DNA of 64,000 nucleotides from Methanobacteriota archaeon (GCA_020347565.1 CP070732.1:861216-925215), one strand, 5' to 3'. Positions 25,428-35,836 are shown, numbered from the stretch's first letter. Made by a program: numbers and translations. The notes: generated from the letters alone by a model not told the origin.

Positions 25428-27338
25428 ATGTCTGGTGAGGAGGAGGGGACCCTTTGCACGGTGAGTTTCTCACCTGACGGCGTCGCCGTCGAGATGGTCA
25501 GAGGCACTACCATCCTCGAGGCCTGCAGAGCCGCTGGCATAGCCATAGACGCTGTCTGCGGAGGCACCGGCAAATGCGGCAGATGCAAGGTAAGGCCGAA
25601 GGGGCTTTTCGACCCCGGAGACACCTCCGCCCTCGCCGAGGAAGAACGGGAGTCCGGCGTGGTCCTGGCGTGCGAGACGTTGGTGACCGGCGACCTCGAA
25701 GTGGAGGTGCTGCCGCGCTCAAGGATACGCGAGCATCAAATCCTGACCAGGACGCTGGAGACGCCGGTCGTCAAGCTGTCGCCCTGGGTCAGGAAGGTTC
25801 TGCTGGAGCTCCCGAAGGCCACCCTCTACGACAACACGGCGGATTTCGAGAGGGTCCTGCGAGCGCTAGGCGATAGGAACCTCGAGATGCCCATAGTCAC
25901 GCTCCGCAACATGTCGAACGTCCTGCGGGAAGGCGGGTGGACCGTGACGGCGACGGTGGCCGACCTGAAGAGCAGAGGCGAGATAACGCGTCTCGAGCCC
26001 GGGGACAAGTGCGGCTGCCTCCTGGGGGTCGCGATCGACATCGGCACGACGACGGTCGTCGGGCAGCTTATCGACCTGCTGACGGGCGATGTGCTCGCCA
26101 GCGCATCCGAGTACAACAGGCAGATATCCAAGGGCGAGGACGTCATCGCGAGGATGATGTACGGCGAGGAGAACGGCGTTGGGGAGCTGACGGACCTCGC
26201 GAGAGAGACTGTCAACTCGGTCATCGGCAGGCTGCTGGAGGACACGTCGAAGGAGCGGGAGTGTCCCGTCACCGCCGTCGACGTCGTCGGTGCGGCCATC
26301 GCCGGCAACACGATAATGACGCACTTCTTCGTAGGCGTCGATACGCGCTTCATACGGCTCGAGCCGTACGTTCCCGTAGCCCATCACATGCCGCCGCGCA
26401 GCGGCCATGACCTCGGCATGGAGGCTCACCCATCCAGCGATGTGCTCCTGTTCCCGTCGAGGGCGGGCTACCTCGGCGGAGATGTCGTGGCAGACGTGCT
26501 CGCGAGCGGCATTCACAGGAGCGACGACCTCGCGATGCTGATAGACGTGGGCACCAACGGCGAAATCGTCCTCGGGTGCAGGGAGTGGCTCGTGTCCTGC
26601 GCGTGCTCCGCCGGGCCTGCGTTCGAGGGCGGGGAGGTGTCGTCCGGCATGAGGGCCATGCATGGCGCGATAGACAGCATACGCGTCAACCACGACTTCG
26701 CAACCTCGTACCATGTAATAGGCGATGAGCGGCCGAACGGCATCTGCGGGTCCGGGCTAATAGACCTGATCGCGGAGATGTACGAGAACGGCGTGATAGA
26801 CCGCAAAGCTCGGATACAGCGGCTCCAGACGGACAGGGTAAGGGAGGGCGAGGAAGGGCTGGAGTACGTCGTCGAGTTCCAAGGGAGCCTCGGCGAGGGC
26901 GCGACCGGTGACCTCGTCATAACCGACGCCGACCTGCAGAACGTCCTCAGGACGAAGGCCGCGATCTTCGGCGCAGCGACGGTCCTGCTCAGGAAGATGA
27001 GCGAAGACCTGGACGGCATCGACACGTTTGTGATCGCCGGGGGGTTCGGCAACCACCTCGACATAGACCGCGCCGTCTCTATCGGTATGTTCCCTGACAT
27101 ACCAAGGGACAAGTACAGGTTCATAGGCAACGGGGCCCTCGAGGGCGCGAGGCTCGCTCTGCTCTCAGAGGAGATGCGGAAGGACATGGTGGAGATATTC
27201 GACCAGATGACGTACATCGAGCTGAGCGTGGACAACGACTTCTACGACGAGTTCACCTCCTCGATGTTCATACCGCACACGGATCTCGCGAAGTTCCCCA
27301 GCTTCAAAGACAGAGGGTCACAGGAGACGGCGAGATGA
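25428..27338 (+). CDS. Reductive activator of corrinoid protein (RACo/AcsV): N-terminal [2Fe-2S] ferredoxin + ASKHA ATPase (DUF4445)
   Basis: The N-terminus carries plant-type ferredoxin cysteines (CGGTGKCGRCKV...C). The ~630-aa length matches RACo. The ATPase-like middle and C-terminus and the location inside the acs cluster also fit. Confidence 0.8.
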   Translation: MSGEEEGTLCTVSFSPDGVAVEMVRGTTILEACRAAGIAIDAVCGGTGKCGRCKVRPKGLFDPGDTSALAEEERESGVVLACETLVTGDLEVEVLPRSRIREHQILTRTLETPVVKLSPWVRKVLLELPKATLYDNTADFERVLRALGDRNLEMPIVTLRNMSNVLREGGWTVTATVADLKSRGEITRLEPGDKCGCLLGVAIDIGTTTVVGQLIDLLTGDVLASASEYNRQISKGEDVIARMMYGEENGVGELTDLARETVNSVIGRLLEDTSKERECPVTAVDVVGAAIAGNTIMTHFFVGVDTRFIRLEPYVPVAHHMPPRSGHDLGMEAHPSSDVLLFPSRAGYLGGDVVADVLASGIHRSDDLAMLIDVGTNGEIVLGCREWLVSCACSAGPAFEGGEVSSGMRAMHGAIDSIRVNHDFATSYHVIGDERPNGICGSGLIDLIAEMYENGVIDRKARIQRLQTDRVREGEEGLEYVVEFQGSLGEGATGDLVITDADLQNVLRTKAAIFGAATVLLRKMSEDLDGIDTFVIAGGFGNHLDIDRAVSIGMFPDIPRDKYRFIGNGALEGARLALLSEEMRKDMVEIFDQMTYIELSVDNDFYDEFTSSMFIPHTDLAKFPSFKDRGSQETAR

Positions 27339-28093
27339 ACTCGTTCACCATAGCGGTAGCAGGCAAGGGCGGCGTAGGCAAGACGACCTTCGCCGCGCTT
27401 GCGATAAGGCACCTTCATCACATCACGGGTGAGGTGATATTGGCCGTCGACGCCGATCCCAACGCCAACCTGCACGCGAAGCTCGGGACATCGCCGAGGA
27501 GGACCATCGGCGACATCAGGGAGGAGCTGCTCGTTGAGGCGGACCAGCTGCCTTCAGGAGTTACGAAGCAGGAGCATGTCGACTACCAGATACGGCTGGC
27601 GCTGGCTGAGGGCGACGGGTTCGACCTCCTGACGATGGGGAGGCAGGAGGGGCCTGGATGCTACTGCTATGTGAACAACATCCTCAGGACCTTCGTTGAC
27701 TCCCTATCCGAGAGATACGCTTACGTTGTAATAGACAACGAGGCGGGGATGGAGCACCTCAGCAGGAGGACGACGAGGACCTCGGACGTCCTGTTCGTCG
27801 TCTCCGACGCGTCGAAAGCAGCGGCGGACTCCGCGGTCAGAATCGCGGCGTTGGCAAAGGAAATGGATCTGGGCATAGGTAGGACCGCCCTGGTAAGGAA
27901 CATGCTCCCCCCCGACTCGGACGGGCAGGATGCGCCAGCGGGCTTCGATGCCGCATACGCCGTGACGGCCTCCGCGGCCATACGCTCCGGGAGCATGCGG
28001 AGCGAGTCCCTCCTCGACATACCCCAGCACGACCCCACATATCAGGACATATCGAAGGCCTTGGACGAGGAGAGAAAGCTGGCAAGGCAATGA
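27335..28093 (+). CDS. cooC: CO dehydrogenase/ACS nickel-insertion accessory ATPase CooC/AcsF (MinD/ParA family)
   Basis: The protein begins MNSFTIAVAGKGGVGKTT and has the LAVDADPNANL and CYCYVNNIL (CxC) motifs of CooC. The ATGA overlaps the RACo stop. Confidence 0.85.
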   Translation: MNSFTIAVAGKGGVGKTTFAALAIRHLHHITGEVILAVDADPNANLHAKLGTSPRRTIGDIREELLVEADQLPSGVTKQEHVDYQIRLALAEGDGFDLLTMGRQEGPGCYCYVNNILRTFVDSLSERYAYVVIDNEAGMEHLSRRTTRTSDVLFVVSDASKAAADSAVRIAALAKEMDLGIGRTALVRNMLPPDSDGQDAPAGFDAAYAVTASAAIRSGSMRSESLLDIPQHDPTYQDISKALDEERKLARQ

Positions 28094-28236
28094 CGCAGAC
28101 GTCGATCCGAACAGAAGTGACGTCGCGAGCATCCTGACGCTCGTCCGGCAGCGGGGACGGGCTGACTGGGCGCCTCAAGGTCCCGCAGGGGGCAATGGAA
28201 ACGCACGCACCAACGGTTTCCGTGCCGTGAACGGCT

Positions 28237-29562
28237 TCATGCCAGAGACTTCATCATCTTCGGCAGCCCGGACGACTCCCTCGGCCCGACGGTCACCTTG
28301 AGGTCGGTCAGCTCGTTCAGCTTGCCGCTCATTCTGCTAACCATGCCCGGGATGATGATCTCGTTCCTGTTGCTCTTCTCCTTGACCTTGAAGTCGTCCA
28401 CCGCCTTGGCTACCGACTCCGGCGTCATCTTGCCAGCGGCGAAAGCCGTCATGACGGACTGTCCCTCGGTATCCACCACGAGTAGCCACGCGGGCACCTT
28501 GCTCTTCTCTATGTCCGCACGCACGGTGAAGTACGTCAGCGAGAAGTTCGTGGTGAACATGACAGGCGACGACTCCGTCGGCTCGCCGACTGGGTACAGC
28601 CCTGGCTTGACCTGGATGGGCACTTGCGGGTCGGTGTATATGTTCTGTCTCAGGGCGAGGAGCGGATACACGAAATCCCTCGGCATCTCCTCCATCATGA
28701 TGGCGGATGCGTACTTCATCACGCCCAGTGAGGCATTCATCTTGTCCGCGGTCGACGACCCGAGCACCGCAATCGTCGGGAAGCCGAGCGGCCTGAATTT
28801 GCTCTTTATCGCGGCCCGGCGTATCACCGTCATGTTCTCAAGCATCTTCCCGGAGCTGTCGATCGGCGGCTCGAGGAGCACGTCGCTCAACCCGGCCTTC
28901 TTGGCTCGCTCCGACAGCTCGACGAGTTCGTCCAGGCCGGCGACACCACCTACCACGAGCGGGAGCGACCGGCCCTTCGCGAGTTCCGCCATCGCATCGA
29001 AGTTCGCGCCTGTCGCGCGGTAGAGCAACGGCTTCTTGTCGGCGCACGCATCCGCCGCCTTCGCCGCCAGCGCAGCGTCCTCGCACATCAGCACGATGGG
29101 AAGCTCCTTGCCTGCCGCGGCCTTGACGGCCTCGAGGTAGTCCTCCTCGCTTCCGGACGAGTGCCGCAGGGCCACGGAGTCCACGCGCAGGATCTGACCC
29201 ACCCGCTCGAACGCCGCGGAATGGGCGTCATCGACCCTGGTCCGCATCGCCTCGAGTCCTGCGGAATCGTCGGCTATCAGGCCCAGCACGGTGGGGTTGT
29301 AGAAGGTCTTGTCGTGTCTGAACAGCTGCGTCTCGTCCCCCATCTTGACCGCCAGCTCGCCCGAGCCGATCGTGACGGAGCGGATCGGCGGAGCACCGCT
29401 CTCCTCGAGCTGAGCCTTCGCCTCATCGCTGACGGACGGACAGGCCTCGAGGGACACTTTCTGGTTGGCCAGCTGCATAGCGAATGCGAGGCAGGTTGGA
29501 AACTTGCACTCTCCGCAGTTCGTCTTCGGGAGCAGTTTGTAGATCTCCATCGCAGTCGGCAT
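28237..29562 (-). CDS. acsC: Corrinoid iron-sulfur protein large subunit (AcsC/CdhE)
   Basis: The N-terminus is MEIYKLLPKTNCGECKFPTCLAFAMQLA, the [4Fe-4S] motif of the CFeSP large subunit. A TIM-barrel and B12-binding C-terminus follow. A GGAGG Shine-Dalgarno lies inside the acsD 3' end, with a 1-nt gap. Confidence 0.88.
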   Translation of the reverse strand: MPTAMEIYKLLPKTNCGECKFPTCLAFAMQLANQKVSLEACPSVSDEAKAQLEESGAPPIRSVTIGSGELAVKMGDETQLFRHDKTFYNPTVLGLIADDSAGLEAMRTRVDDAHSAAFERVGQILRVDSVALRHSSGSEEDYLEAVKAAAGKELPIVLMCEDAALAAKAADACADKKPLLYRATGANFDAMAELAKGRSLPLVVGGVAGLDELVELSERAKKAGLSDVLLEPPIDSSGKMLENMTVIRRAAIKSKFRPLGFPTIAVLGSSTADKMNASLGVMKYASAIMMEEMPRDFVYPLLALRQNIYTDPQVPIQVKPGLYPVGEPTESSPVMFTTNFSLTYFTVRADIEKSKVPAWLLVVDTEGQSVMTAFAAGKMTPESVAKAVDDFKVKEKSNRNEIIIPGMVSRMSGKLNELTDLKVTVGPRESSGLPKMMKSLA

Positions 29563-29563
29563 C

Positions 29564-30517
29564 TCACTCGCCTCCTGCCAGGGATTTGAGCGTATCCCTC
29601 AGCATCTTCACCGATTCGGGATGGCGCATCACCACGATGCCCGCCCCGGCTACCGCCGCCGAGAGAGCTGTGATCGTCTCCCAGTATATCCCGCGCATCT
29701 TCACGTCGCCGTGCTCCGGATTCTCCTCCAACGCCTCCGGCACGGTCCACGCGCACGAGCAGTCGCATATCATGGGCATCTGCAGCACGGGATCGCCAGA
29801 CAGCGCCCCGAGTCGCAGGCGTTCGATGTTCGAGTAGGAGTATTCCAATCCCATGCCGAGCGGCGCCATGAGCGGGTCCATGAGGATGTTCTCCGGTTTC
29901 ATGCCGAAGTCGAGCAGCAGGATGTTCATCTGCTTCGCAAGGTTGATGTCCAGGTTGGAGAACGCCACGATACCGTGGCCGTTCGCCATCGACGCGGCAG
30001 CGAGAGACTTGTATGCCTTCTCCTCGGCGAGCCCGAGAAACAGCCGCTCGCCCTTGGCAACGTTGGACACCTTCTCCATGACCTTCGCGTCCTTCTCCTC
30101 GAACCCGCACCCGTAAACTGCGAGCGGTAAAGCGGTCGTCTGAAGCACCTTCGACACGAGCGCCTCGAGCTCCTCAGCGGGCCTGTCCTCCTCCTCCGGA
30201 TTTGCGGATGCAAGCTTGAGGACGCACATATCCGCGCCCCACTCGGCCTCGCACTTCTTGGCCCATCCTGCTGGGTCGGCAAGCGACGGCCCCATCGTCT
30301 CCTGAAGACGCTCAGGCACCATCCGCATCGTGTCAACGACGTCCATCGCGACCAGCGGCATGGGCCCCGACTCCCCCTCGAACAGATGGAAGGGAAGGCC
30401 GTTCGACCCTCCCGCGACGAGCTTGGCGCGCCTGGTTCCCCCGTATTCCTTGGTCGCGCCTATCGCGACCTCCTTGATCCGTCCTCCAAACTTCTCCTTT
30501 GGCACTTCAAATCCCAA
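29564..30517 (-). CDS. acsD: Corrinoid iron-sulfur protein small subunit (AcsD/CdhD)
   Basis: The 317-aa TIM-barrel protein sits immediately upstream of acsC and downstream of the CODH/ACS gene. The start is TTG with AGGGGGA upstream. Confidence 0.85.
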   Translation of the reverse strand: MGFEVPKEKFGGRIKEVAIGATKEYGGTRRAKLVAGGSNGLPFHLFEGESGPMPLVAMDVVDTMRMVPERLQETMGPSLADPAGWAKKCEAEWGADMCVLKLASANPEEEDRPAEELEALVSKVLQTTALPLAVYGCGFEEKDAKVMEKVSNVAKGERLFLGLAEEKAYKSLAAASMANGHGIVAFSNLDINLAKQMNILLLDFGMKPENILMDPLMAPLGMGLEYSYSNIERLRLGALSGDPVLQMPMICDCSCAWTVPEALEENPEHGDVKMRGIYWETITALSAAVAGAGIVVMRHPESVKMLRDTLKSLAGGE

Positions 30518-30538
30518 GTCAGAATCCCCCTGCTAACC

Positions 30539-33500
30539 TCAATTGATCATCGGCGGCATCTTCAGCGCGGGATGGTCGACCTTGGCCATCCACTCGGTGA
30601 GCTCCTCAGGCGTGCGAGCGACCGTCTCGTCGGCGATCTTCTCGATGAAATCCGAGATGCCGAGCTCCTCGGCGCGTCTGGTCAGCTCTTCCTTCATGGC
30701 CTCCTTGAGGTCCTTCGGCATCCATACGATCCGCTCGAAACCGCCGTCCGCGGTGATGAACTTCCTGCTGACCAGGTACTTCCTCCCCACGCCTATGAAC
30801 CCGGGCGTCTGTATGCCTCCTCCGACAGAGCCTGCGAGCGTCGAGAACGTCATGCCGATGGGCGTCATGCCCGAGTACTCCCTGTTCACGACGACCACGC
30901 CCTGCAGGTCCGCGGACACCGCGACGATGCACTCGAAGCATCCGCAAGACGTCATCGGGTCGTCCATCATCGTGTACGCATTGAACTTCTGCAGCTTGCC
31001 CATGGTCTTCTCCGTCACCGCCTCGTTAACGCCGACCCATTGCCCCTTCACCTCGTCGATCACTTCCTTCTTGGGGACCGGGTTGTTCGGACCCGTAGGC
31101 GCGATCTGGTACGACGCCTTCGCGTCGAGCCAGTTAATGGCGCCGCACAGACCGAGCCTCTCCGGCGTGACGATGCACAGATGCCCTGGGGCGAAGCTCT
31201 GGCAGAGCGTGCACGTGTAGAACGTGTCCACCTTCTCGTCCGTGAGGTCGGCTATCCTCGCGTCCCTCTTGGCATACGCCTCGTTCGCCTCGTCGACGTG
31301 TTTCCTCAGCTCCGTCTCGTCCGTGACGATCTTGACCTCCACCTTCGACACTATCGCCCCGAACTCCTCCTTGAGCTTGGTCACCAGTACGTCCCCGATG
31401 TGCTTGAGCCTCAGCCCGGCCTTGACCGAACTCTTGCTCAGGCGGACCCACAGGAGGTTCCTCTGGCCCGTGTGCCAAGTGCCCTCGGCGAAGTTGACGA
31501 ACTGGTGTATGCGGCGCTCCAGCACGGACTCGAAGTCGTCCTGCATGTTCTTGCCGTACACGTTTACCAGTATGCCTAGGTGCGTGGACGAGCCCTCGGC
31601 CATCTCGTCGACGTCCTCGCCGATCAGAGTCACCTGGCCGTCCTTGACCTCCTCCGACCCGCTCATCTTCAGCAGCTCGAACGCCAGCGTCTTCGACGGA
31701 CCGCCAGCCTCGATGTGCATGTCCGGCCGCCTTATCGTCTCGCCTTCGAACGCCGGCCCGTAGGCGACTGGCAGGTCGACTGCCCCCAGCTTGATCCTGC
31801 AGCCTCGGATCTCGATCGCCGTGGCGATCATCTCGTCCAGGTTCTTCTGCACGACGTATTTGTCTGGGATGGGCTCGACTTCCTGGTCGGTTATCGTCGG
31901 CGAGCCGTTGAACATGACGGCGAACTCGGCCGCCACCTTGATGTGGTCGAGCGGGCCCATCTGCAGTACGAAGACCTTCGGCCGTTTGGAAAGGTAGTTG
32001 TACAGGCCCTCGCGGTCGCCCTTCTGTATGCCTCCGAAGGACAGCGCCGCCCTGATGGCGAAGTTCAAGCCATGAATCACCTGCGTGAACTCCCCCACCG
32101 GGTAGAGCATCCTGTCCAGTCCCATGGCGATGTTCTCGTCCTTCAGCTGCTTGATGATGTCATAGGTGGCGATGATGAGCATTCCCTTGTTCTGACAGTC
32201 GCGTATCATCGCCGCGAGCTTCTTCGGATCGGAGGCCTTGCCGACGAACACGGCAGCTCCGGGTATCGTGTCGTCTACGAACGCGATCCCGAGCTGCCTC
32301 AGTATCCTGTCGGGAACGAAGCCGCAGTACGGCGAGCCCTCGTACGGCGCGGGGTTGTCGATGTACTTGAGTGCCTCGACGATCTCCGCCGCCACCATGG
32401 TCGCCTCACCTGAGGCGACCGCTGCCTCGAACGTCGGCTCCTCTACTATCTTGCCCCGCACGTCGCCCAGCATCTTTGGCAGGTTGCCCAGTCGCGTGCA
32501 GTCCTCCCCGAGCCACGCGAACAGGCTCGGGAGCTGATAGCCCGTCTCGGGGAACTCTATCGTCTTGTCCGGCCCGTGCTTCCGCAGCGCGCGGCTGAGC
32601 AGGAAGTCGGCGTATCCGGTCGCGATGATCGAGCCCTCGACAGCCATCCTGTAGAGCTGCTCGTTCGTGACCTTGCCTTTGTCGGGAACGCACATCGCCT
32701 CCCGTTCGACCGCCGGGTCGGTGAGGTCCAGCTTCCATCGCCTGTACTCGATCGCCGAGTAGAGCCGCTTCGCCGCGACGACCGGGTCCTTCTCGAATAT
32801 GAAGTAGCCGCCGTAGACGTCCCTCGCAGTGTTCTCCAGCACTTCGGTCACGAGGGTGCTTCCATACAGGTAGTTGATCGTGCCGACATGGACGGGGAAT
32901 CCCATCGTGACGGCCCATGTTCCGATGGACACGGCCTTTTCGTGCATCGCCTCTGGGGCGGCCGCTACGAACGGTATCTGGTGGATGTCGACGCCCAGCC
33001 TGTTCGCGACCTCCGTCGCCAGGTTGGAGTACCTCGGGTTGTCGACGCACGAGCCGATATGCCACACGCAGGGCAGGCCGTCCACGCCCGCGGCCTCGCT
33101 CAGCTCGGAGAGGAACGACCTCAGCCCCTCACCGGCCGCCTCGCCAACCTTCGCCGGATCCATGAATCCTGCCTTGGCGAGCTCGATGGCGTTGCAGCCG
33201 GTCGCGAGCACCAGCACGTCCCTCTTGACCAGCTCCGCCACCATCGTGATGACGTCCTCGTCCTTCTCCGTACGAAGGTTCTTGCATCCAGCGAAGAGCG
33301 CCAGACCGCGGACCTTTCCGCTCATCATGTTGCTCACGATGTGCTGGAAGGGGTCGTCTGGATTCGCTTTTGAGAACAGCTCCCGCATCTGCTCCACGCT
33401 GAAGCCGGCGACGACCTTCGCAGGAGTGACGGTCGGCAAACGCCTCATGTCGCCCCTGCGCTTGTACGCCTCGAGCGCGAGCAGTAGTATCTCGCGAGCG

Positions 33501-34675
33501 GACTCGCGAGCGTGCTCCGGGATCACCTCTATGTGCGTGTCACCTACGAGACGTGCGGCCGCCTCCGTGCTAATCAGCCTCGTATGGGTGCACTTCGACA
33601 GCGCCGAGAGCGCCGGCAGGAAGCACTGGTAGTCCAGGACCATAGCGTCGAGCAGGCCGCTCAGCAGCACTAGCTCCTGCGCCATCACGTTCGACGCGAT
33701 CGGGATCCCCTTCCGCATGAGTATCTCGTTCCCGGTGCAGCAGACGCCGACGATGTTGAACCCTTCCGCGCCGGCCTTCTTCGCCTCATCCCTCATCTCG
33801 CGGGCGACATCGACCATGATGTCGCTGAGGATTGGGTTGTGGCCGTGCACGGCGACGTTGACGCTCTTCTCGTCGAGCACGCCGAGGTTCGCCTCGCTCA
33901 GGACGACCTTCGGCGTCCCGAAGAGCACGTCGCTCAGGTCGGACGATATCTGTGCGCCAGTGTAGTCCGCAAGTGCGCATCGGATGCCAGCGAAGAGCAT
34001 GGGCACGGGGTCCGCGTCCACGCCCATCGCGGTCCTGTGCATGACGTCGGTTATGACCGACTCGATGTTGTATGGCATGACACCGTGGGAGTCCCACAGG
34101 GCCATCCGCTTGTTGGTTACGGTGGACTTGAGGAACGATAGGGGCTCGTGCGTGTACCTCGAGTAATCGTCGAGGGCCGCGCGGGCCACATCACCGGCCA
34201 GCGCAAGCGTCTCCTTGCCATCGGCTTCGATGCCGAGTTTCTTCGCGATGGCCTGTAGCTTTGTGGGGTCCGTCACTGTGTAGTCTTTGGCCACGCCTCC
34301 CGAGACCTGCAGGAGGACCTCCGCAACCTCCTTGCCATGGTACGAGTGCGATGCGGTCCCGCCGACGATCATCCTGTCTATGTGCCTCGCTACGATCGTG
34401 TAGTCCTTTGCGCCACATATGCCCGTGGTCGGCTCCTTGCCCATTGGGTTGATTCTGCACGGACCCTGGAGGCATATCCTGCAGCACAAACCCAACTTGC
34501 CAAACCTGCACTGGGCGCCTTGGTTGTCCGCACGGTCGTACACTGTGCAGACCTCTTCCCCACGCAGCGTCGTGAACATCTCGCTGCAGCTGCCGTCCCA
34601 AAGCCCGGCAACCCTGTCCTTCTTGCCTTTCGCTGCGGTCTCGGTCGCCCGTGCCTCGCCTCCGTCCATCGTCAT
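30539..34675 (-). CDS. acsAB: Fused bifunctional carbon monoxide dehydrogenase (AcsA/CooS-like, aa ~1-600) / acetyl-CoA synthase (AcsB-like, aa ~600-1378)
   Basis: The N-terminus has the CooS motifs CRFGKLGLCCRICLQGPCRI and ...VAVHGHNPILSD.... The C-terminal ~780 aa are co-linear with Moorella AcsB, including the A-cluster motifs CTLCQSFAPGHLCIVTPERLGLCGAINWLDAKASY and PMTSCGCFECIV. It is one continuous 1378-codon frame. An AGGAG Shine-Dalgarno lies 8 nt upstream. Confidence 0.88.
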   Translation of the reverse strand: MTMDGGEARATETAAKGKKDRVAGLWDGSCSEMFTTLRGEEVCTVYDRADNQGAQCRFGKLGLCCRICLQGPCRINPMGKEPTTGICGAKDYTIVARHIDRMIVGGTASHSYHGKEVAEVLLQVSGGVAKDYTVTDPTKLQAIAKKLGIEADGKETLALAGDVARAALDDYSRYTHEPLSFLKSTVTNKRMALWDSHGVMPYNIESVITDVMHRTAMGVDADPVPMLFAGIRCALADYTGAQISSDLSDVLFGTPKVVLSEANLGVLDEKSVNVAVHGHNPILSDIMVDVAREMRDEAKKAGAEGFNIVGVCCTGNEILMRKGIPIASNVMAQELVLLSGLLDAMVLDYQCFLPALSALSKCTHTRLISTEAAARLVGDTHIEVIPEHARESAREILLLALEAYKRRGDMRRLPTVTPAKVVAGFSVEQMRELFSKANPDDPFQHIVSNMMSGKVRGLALFAGCKNLRTEKDEDVITMVAELVKRDVLVLATGCNAIELAKAGFMDPAKVGEAAGEGLRSFLSELSEAAGVDGLPCVWHIGSCVDNPRYSNLATEVANRLGVDIHQIPFVAAAPEAMHEKAVSIGTWAVTMGFPVHVGTINYLYGSTLVTEVLENTARDVYGGYFIFEKDPVVAAKRLYSAIEYRRWKLDLTDPAVEREAMCVPDKGKVTNEQLYRMAVEGSIIATGYADFLLSRALRKHGPDKTIEFPETGYQLPSLFAWLGEDCTRLGNLPKMLGDVRGKIVEEPTFEAAVASGEATMVAAEIVEALKYIDNPAPYEGSPYCGFVPDRILRQLGIAFVDDTIPGAAVFVGKASDPKKLAAMIRDCQNKGMLIIATYDIIKQLKDENIAMGLDRMLYPVGEFTQVIHGLNFAIRAALSFGGIQKGDREGLYNYLSKRPKVFVLQMGPLDHIKVAAEFAVMFNGSPTITDQEVEPIPDKYVVQKNLDEMIATAIEIRGCRIKLGAVDLPVAYGPAFEGETIRRPDMHIEAGGPSKTLAFELLKMSGSEEVKDGQVTLIGEDVDEMAEGSSTHLGILVNVYGKNMQDDFESVLERRIHQFVNFAEGTWHTGQRNLLWVRLSKSSVKAGLRLKHIGDVLVTKLKEEFGAIVSKVEVKIVTDETELRKHVDEANEAYAKRDARIADLTDEKVDTFYTCTLCQSFAPGHLCIVTPERLGLCGAINWLDAKASYQIAPTGPNNPVPKKEVIDEVKGQWVGVNEAVTEKTMGKLQKFNAYTMMDDPMTSCGCFECIVAVSADLQGVVVVNREYSGMTPIGMTFSTLAGSVGGGIQTPGFIGVGRKYLVSRKFITADGGFERIVWMPKDLKEAMKEELTRRAEELGISDFIEKIADETVARTPEELTEWMAKVDHPALKMPPMIN

Positions 34676-34994
34676 GCGAACAGCTCCTGCATGGCCGTGT
34701 CGTCAGGCAAGGGAGCCGTCGGGCCCCTGCGTCTGGGGTAGCATCACGCGGTCGATGGACGCATCAAACGGGATGTCGTCGAACGGCTTTCGAAAGGGTG
34801 TCCGGTCGTCACGTGCGCAGCGGCGACGCTGTTGAAGTCAAAGGTGACAACGGCACGCCGAACGGTAACATCTGCGCACATTGCTCTCAAACGCAGCCCC
34901 CACCAAGCGATTATCTGGCTCTACTCAACTGCGACAACGGCACTCGGCATTCGACGAATACAGATGCTACTTAAAAACATTGTCGTCTAGTCCA

Positions 34995-35025
34995 CATCGG
35001 CGCGCGCCGATGAGGGCGCGCCCTC
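34995..35025 (-). terminator. Two abutting perfect GC-rich palindromes (CATCGGCGCGCGCCGATG and GAGGGCGCGCCCTC) immediately after the cooC2 stop, followed on the mRNA by TGTTTTTAAG
   Basis: The palindromes were read directly from the sequence. Hairpins plus a T-tract resemble an intrinsic terminator or RNA-stability element between cooC2 and the acsAB promoter region. Confidence 0.35.
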
Positions 35026-35836
35026 ACACGGCGTCAGAAACCCTATCGAGCATGCGCTGAATCTCATTCGAGAGACCTCTAACGGGGGATTCCCAGTCCT
35101 TCGCGGCATCCATCTGGAAGACAGACCTACCTTCGATGTCGGCCCTCGCCACAACCTCGGACCGGGGGAGCGCGAAAGACAGCTCGAGGCCGTGCTCCGC
35201 CAGCATCGACCGTATGGCGCGCTCGTCATGCTCACCGGTCACGTGGTTGGCCACGACGGCCATCCTCTCCAAGCCCATCTCCCGGGCGAGGGCTGCGATC
35301 CTCCTGCCCGTGTCAACGGCCCTCGCGCTGGGCCCGACGACTATCAGCAGCAGGTCGACCCCTCTGCAGGTCGCCCTCCCAAACTGCTCCAGCCCTGCCT
35401 CCATGTCTACCAGGACCGCGTCGTCCCTCTCCAGTATAATGTGGTCGAGCAGCGCTCGCAGGATGGCGTTCTCGGGGCAGAAACAACCGCTGCCTGCAGC
35501 GCGAATCGTTCCCAGGACAACGAGCCTCACGCCGTCCGCGCCCTTGACGGAGTACGCATCCGGAATGTCATCGACCTTAGGGTTGAGCTTGTAGAAGGGA
35601 CCGGTCGTAGCGCCTGGCCTGGAGCCCGTGCGCTCCTCGATCAGGTCGAGCTCAGCCGAGATCGGCTTCGGAACTCGGTCGAGCGGCACTTCCAACACGG
35701 AGTGGAGATGCGAGGCGGGGTCCGCGTCGACTGCTAGCACCTTCATTCCGTCCCGAGCCCACACGCGGGCCAAGGAACCGACGACGGTCGTCTTGCCGAC
35801 GCCGCCCTTGCCGGCGACGGCTATCTTGTAGCCCAA
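35024..35836 (-). CDS. cooC: Second CooC-family Ni-insertion ATPase
   Basis: A TTG start gives the N-terminus LGYKIAVAGKGGVGKTTVVGSLA. The VLAVDADPASHL motif is present. A CxC-like 'GSGCFCPENAIL' motif fits CooC. Upstream ORF codons lack homology. Confidence 0.75.
   Translation of the reverse strand: MGYKIAVAGKGGVGKTTVVGSLARVWARDGMKVLAVDADPASHLHSVLEVPLDRVPKPISAELDLIEERTGSRPGATTGPFYKLNPKVDDIPDAYSVKGADGVRLVVLGTIRAAGSGCFCPENAILRALLDHIILERDDAVLVDMEAGLEQFGRATCRGVDLLLIVVGPSARAVDTGRRIAALAREMGLERMAVVANHVTGEHDERAIRSMLAEHGLELSFALPRSEVVARADIEGRSVFQMDAAKDWESPVRGLSNEIQRMLDRVSDAV

Noticed and set aside
25428-27338. Alternative call of the 636-aa protein as a generic ferredoxin or hydantoinase
   Set aside because: The N-terminal plant-type [2Fe-2S] domain plus the ~500-aa ASKHA-like body, and the location between acsE and cooC, fit RACo/AcsV much better.
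30539-34675. Fused acsA-acsB as an annotation artefact from misreading two adjacent ORFs
   Set aside because: The frame is continuous for 1378 codons with no stop. The AcsB homology begins immediately where the CODH homology ends, so it is a genuine single ORF in this sequence. A sequencing indel cannot be excluded without reads, and this is flagged in the findings.
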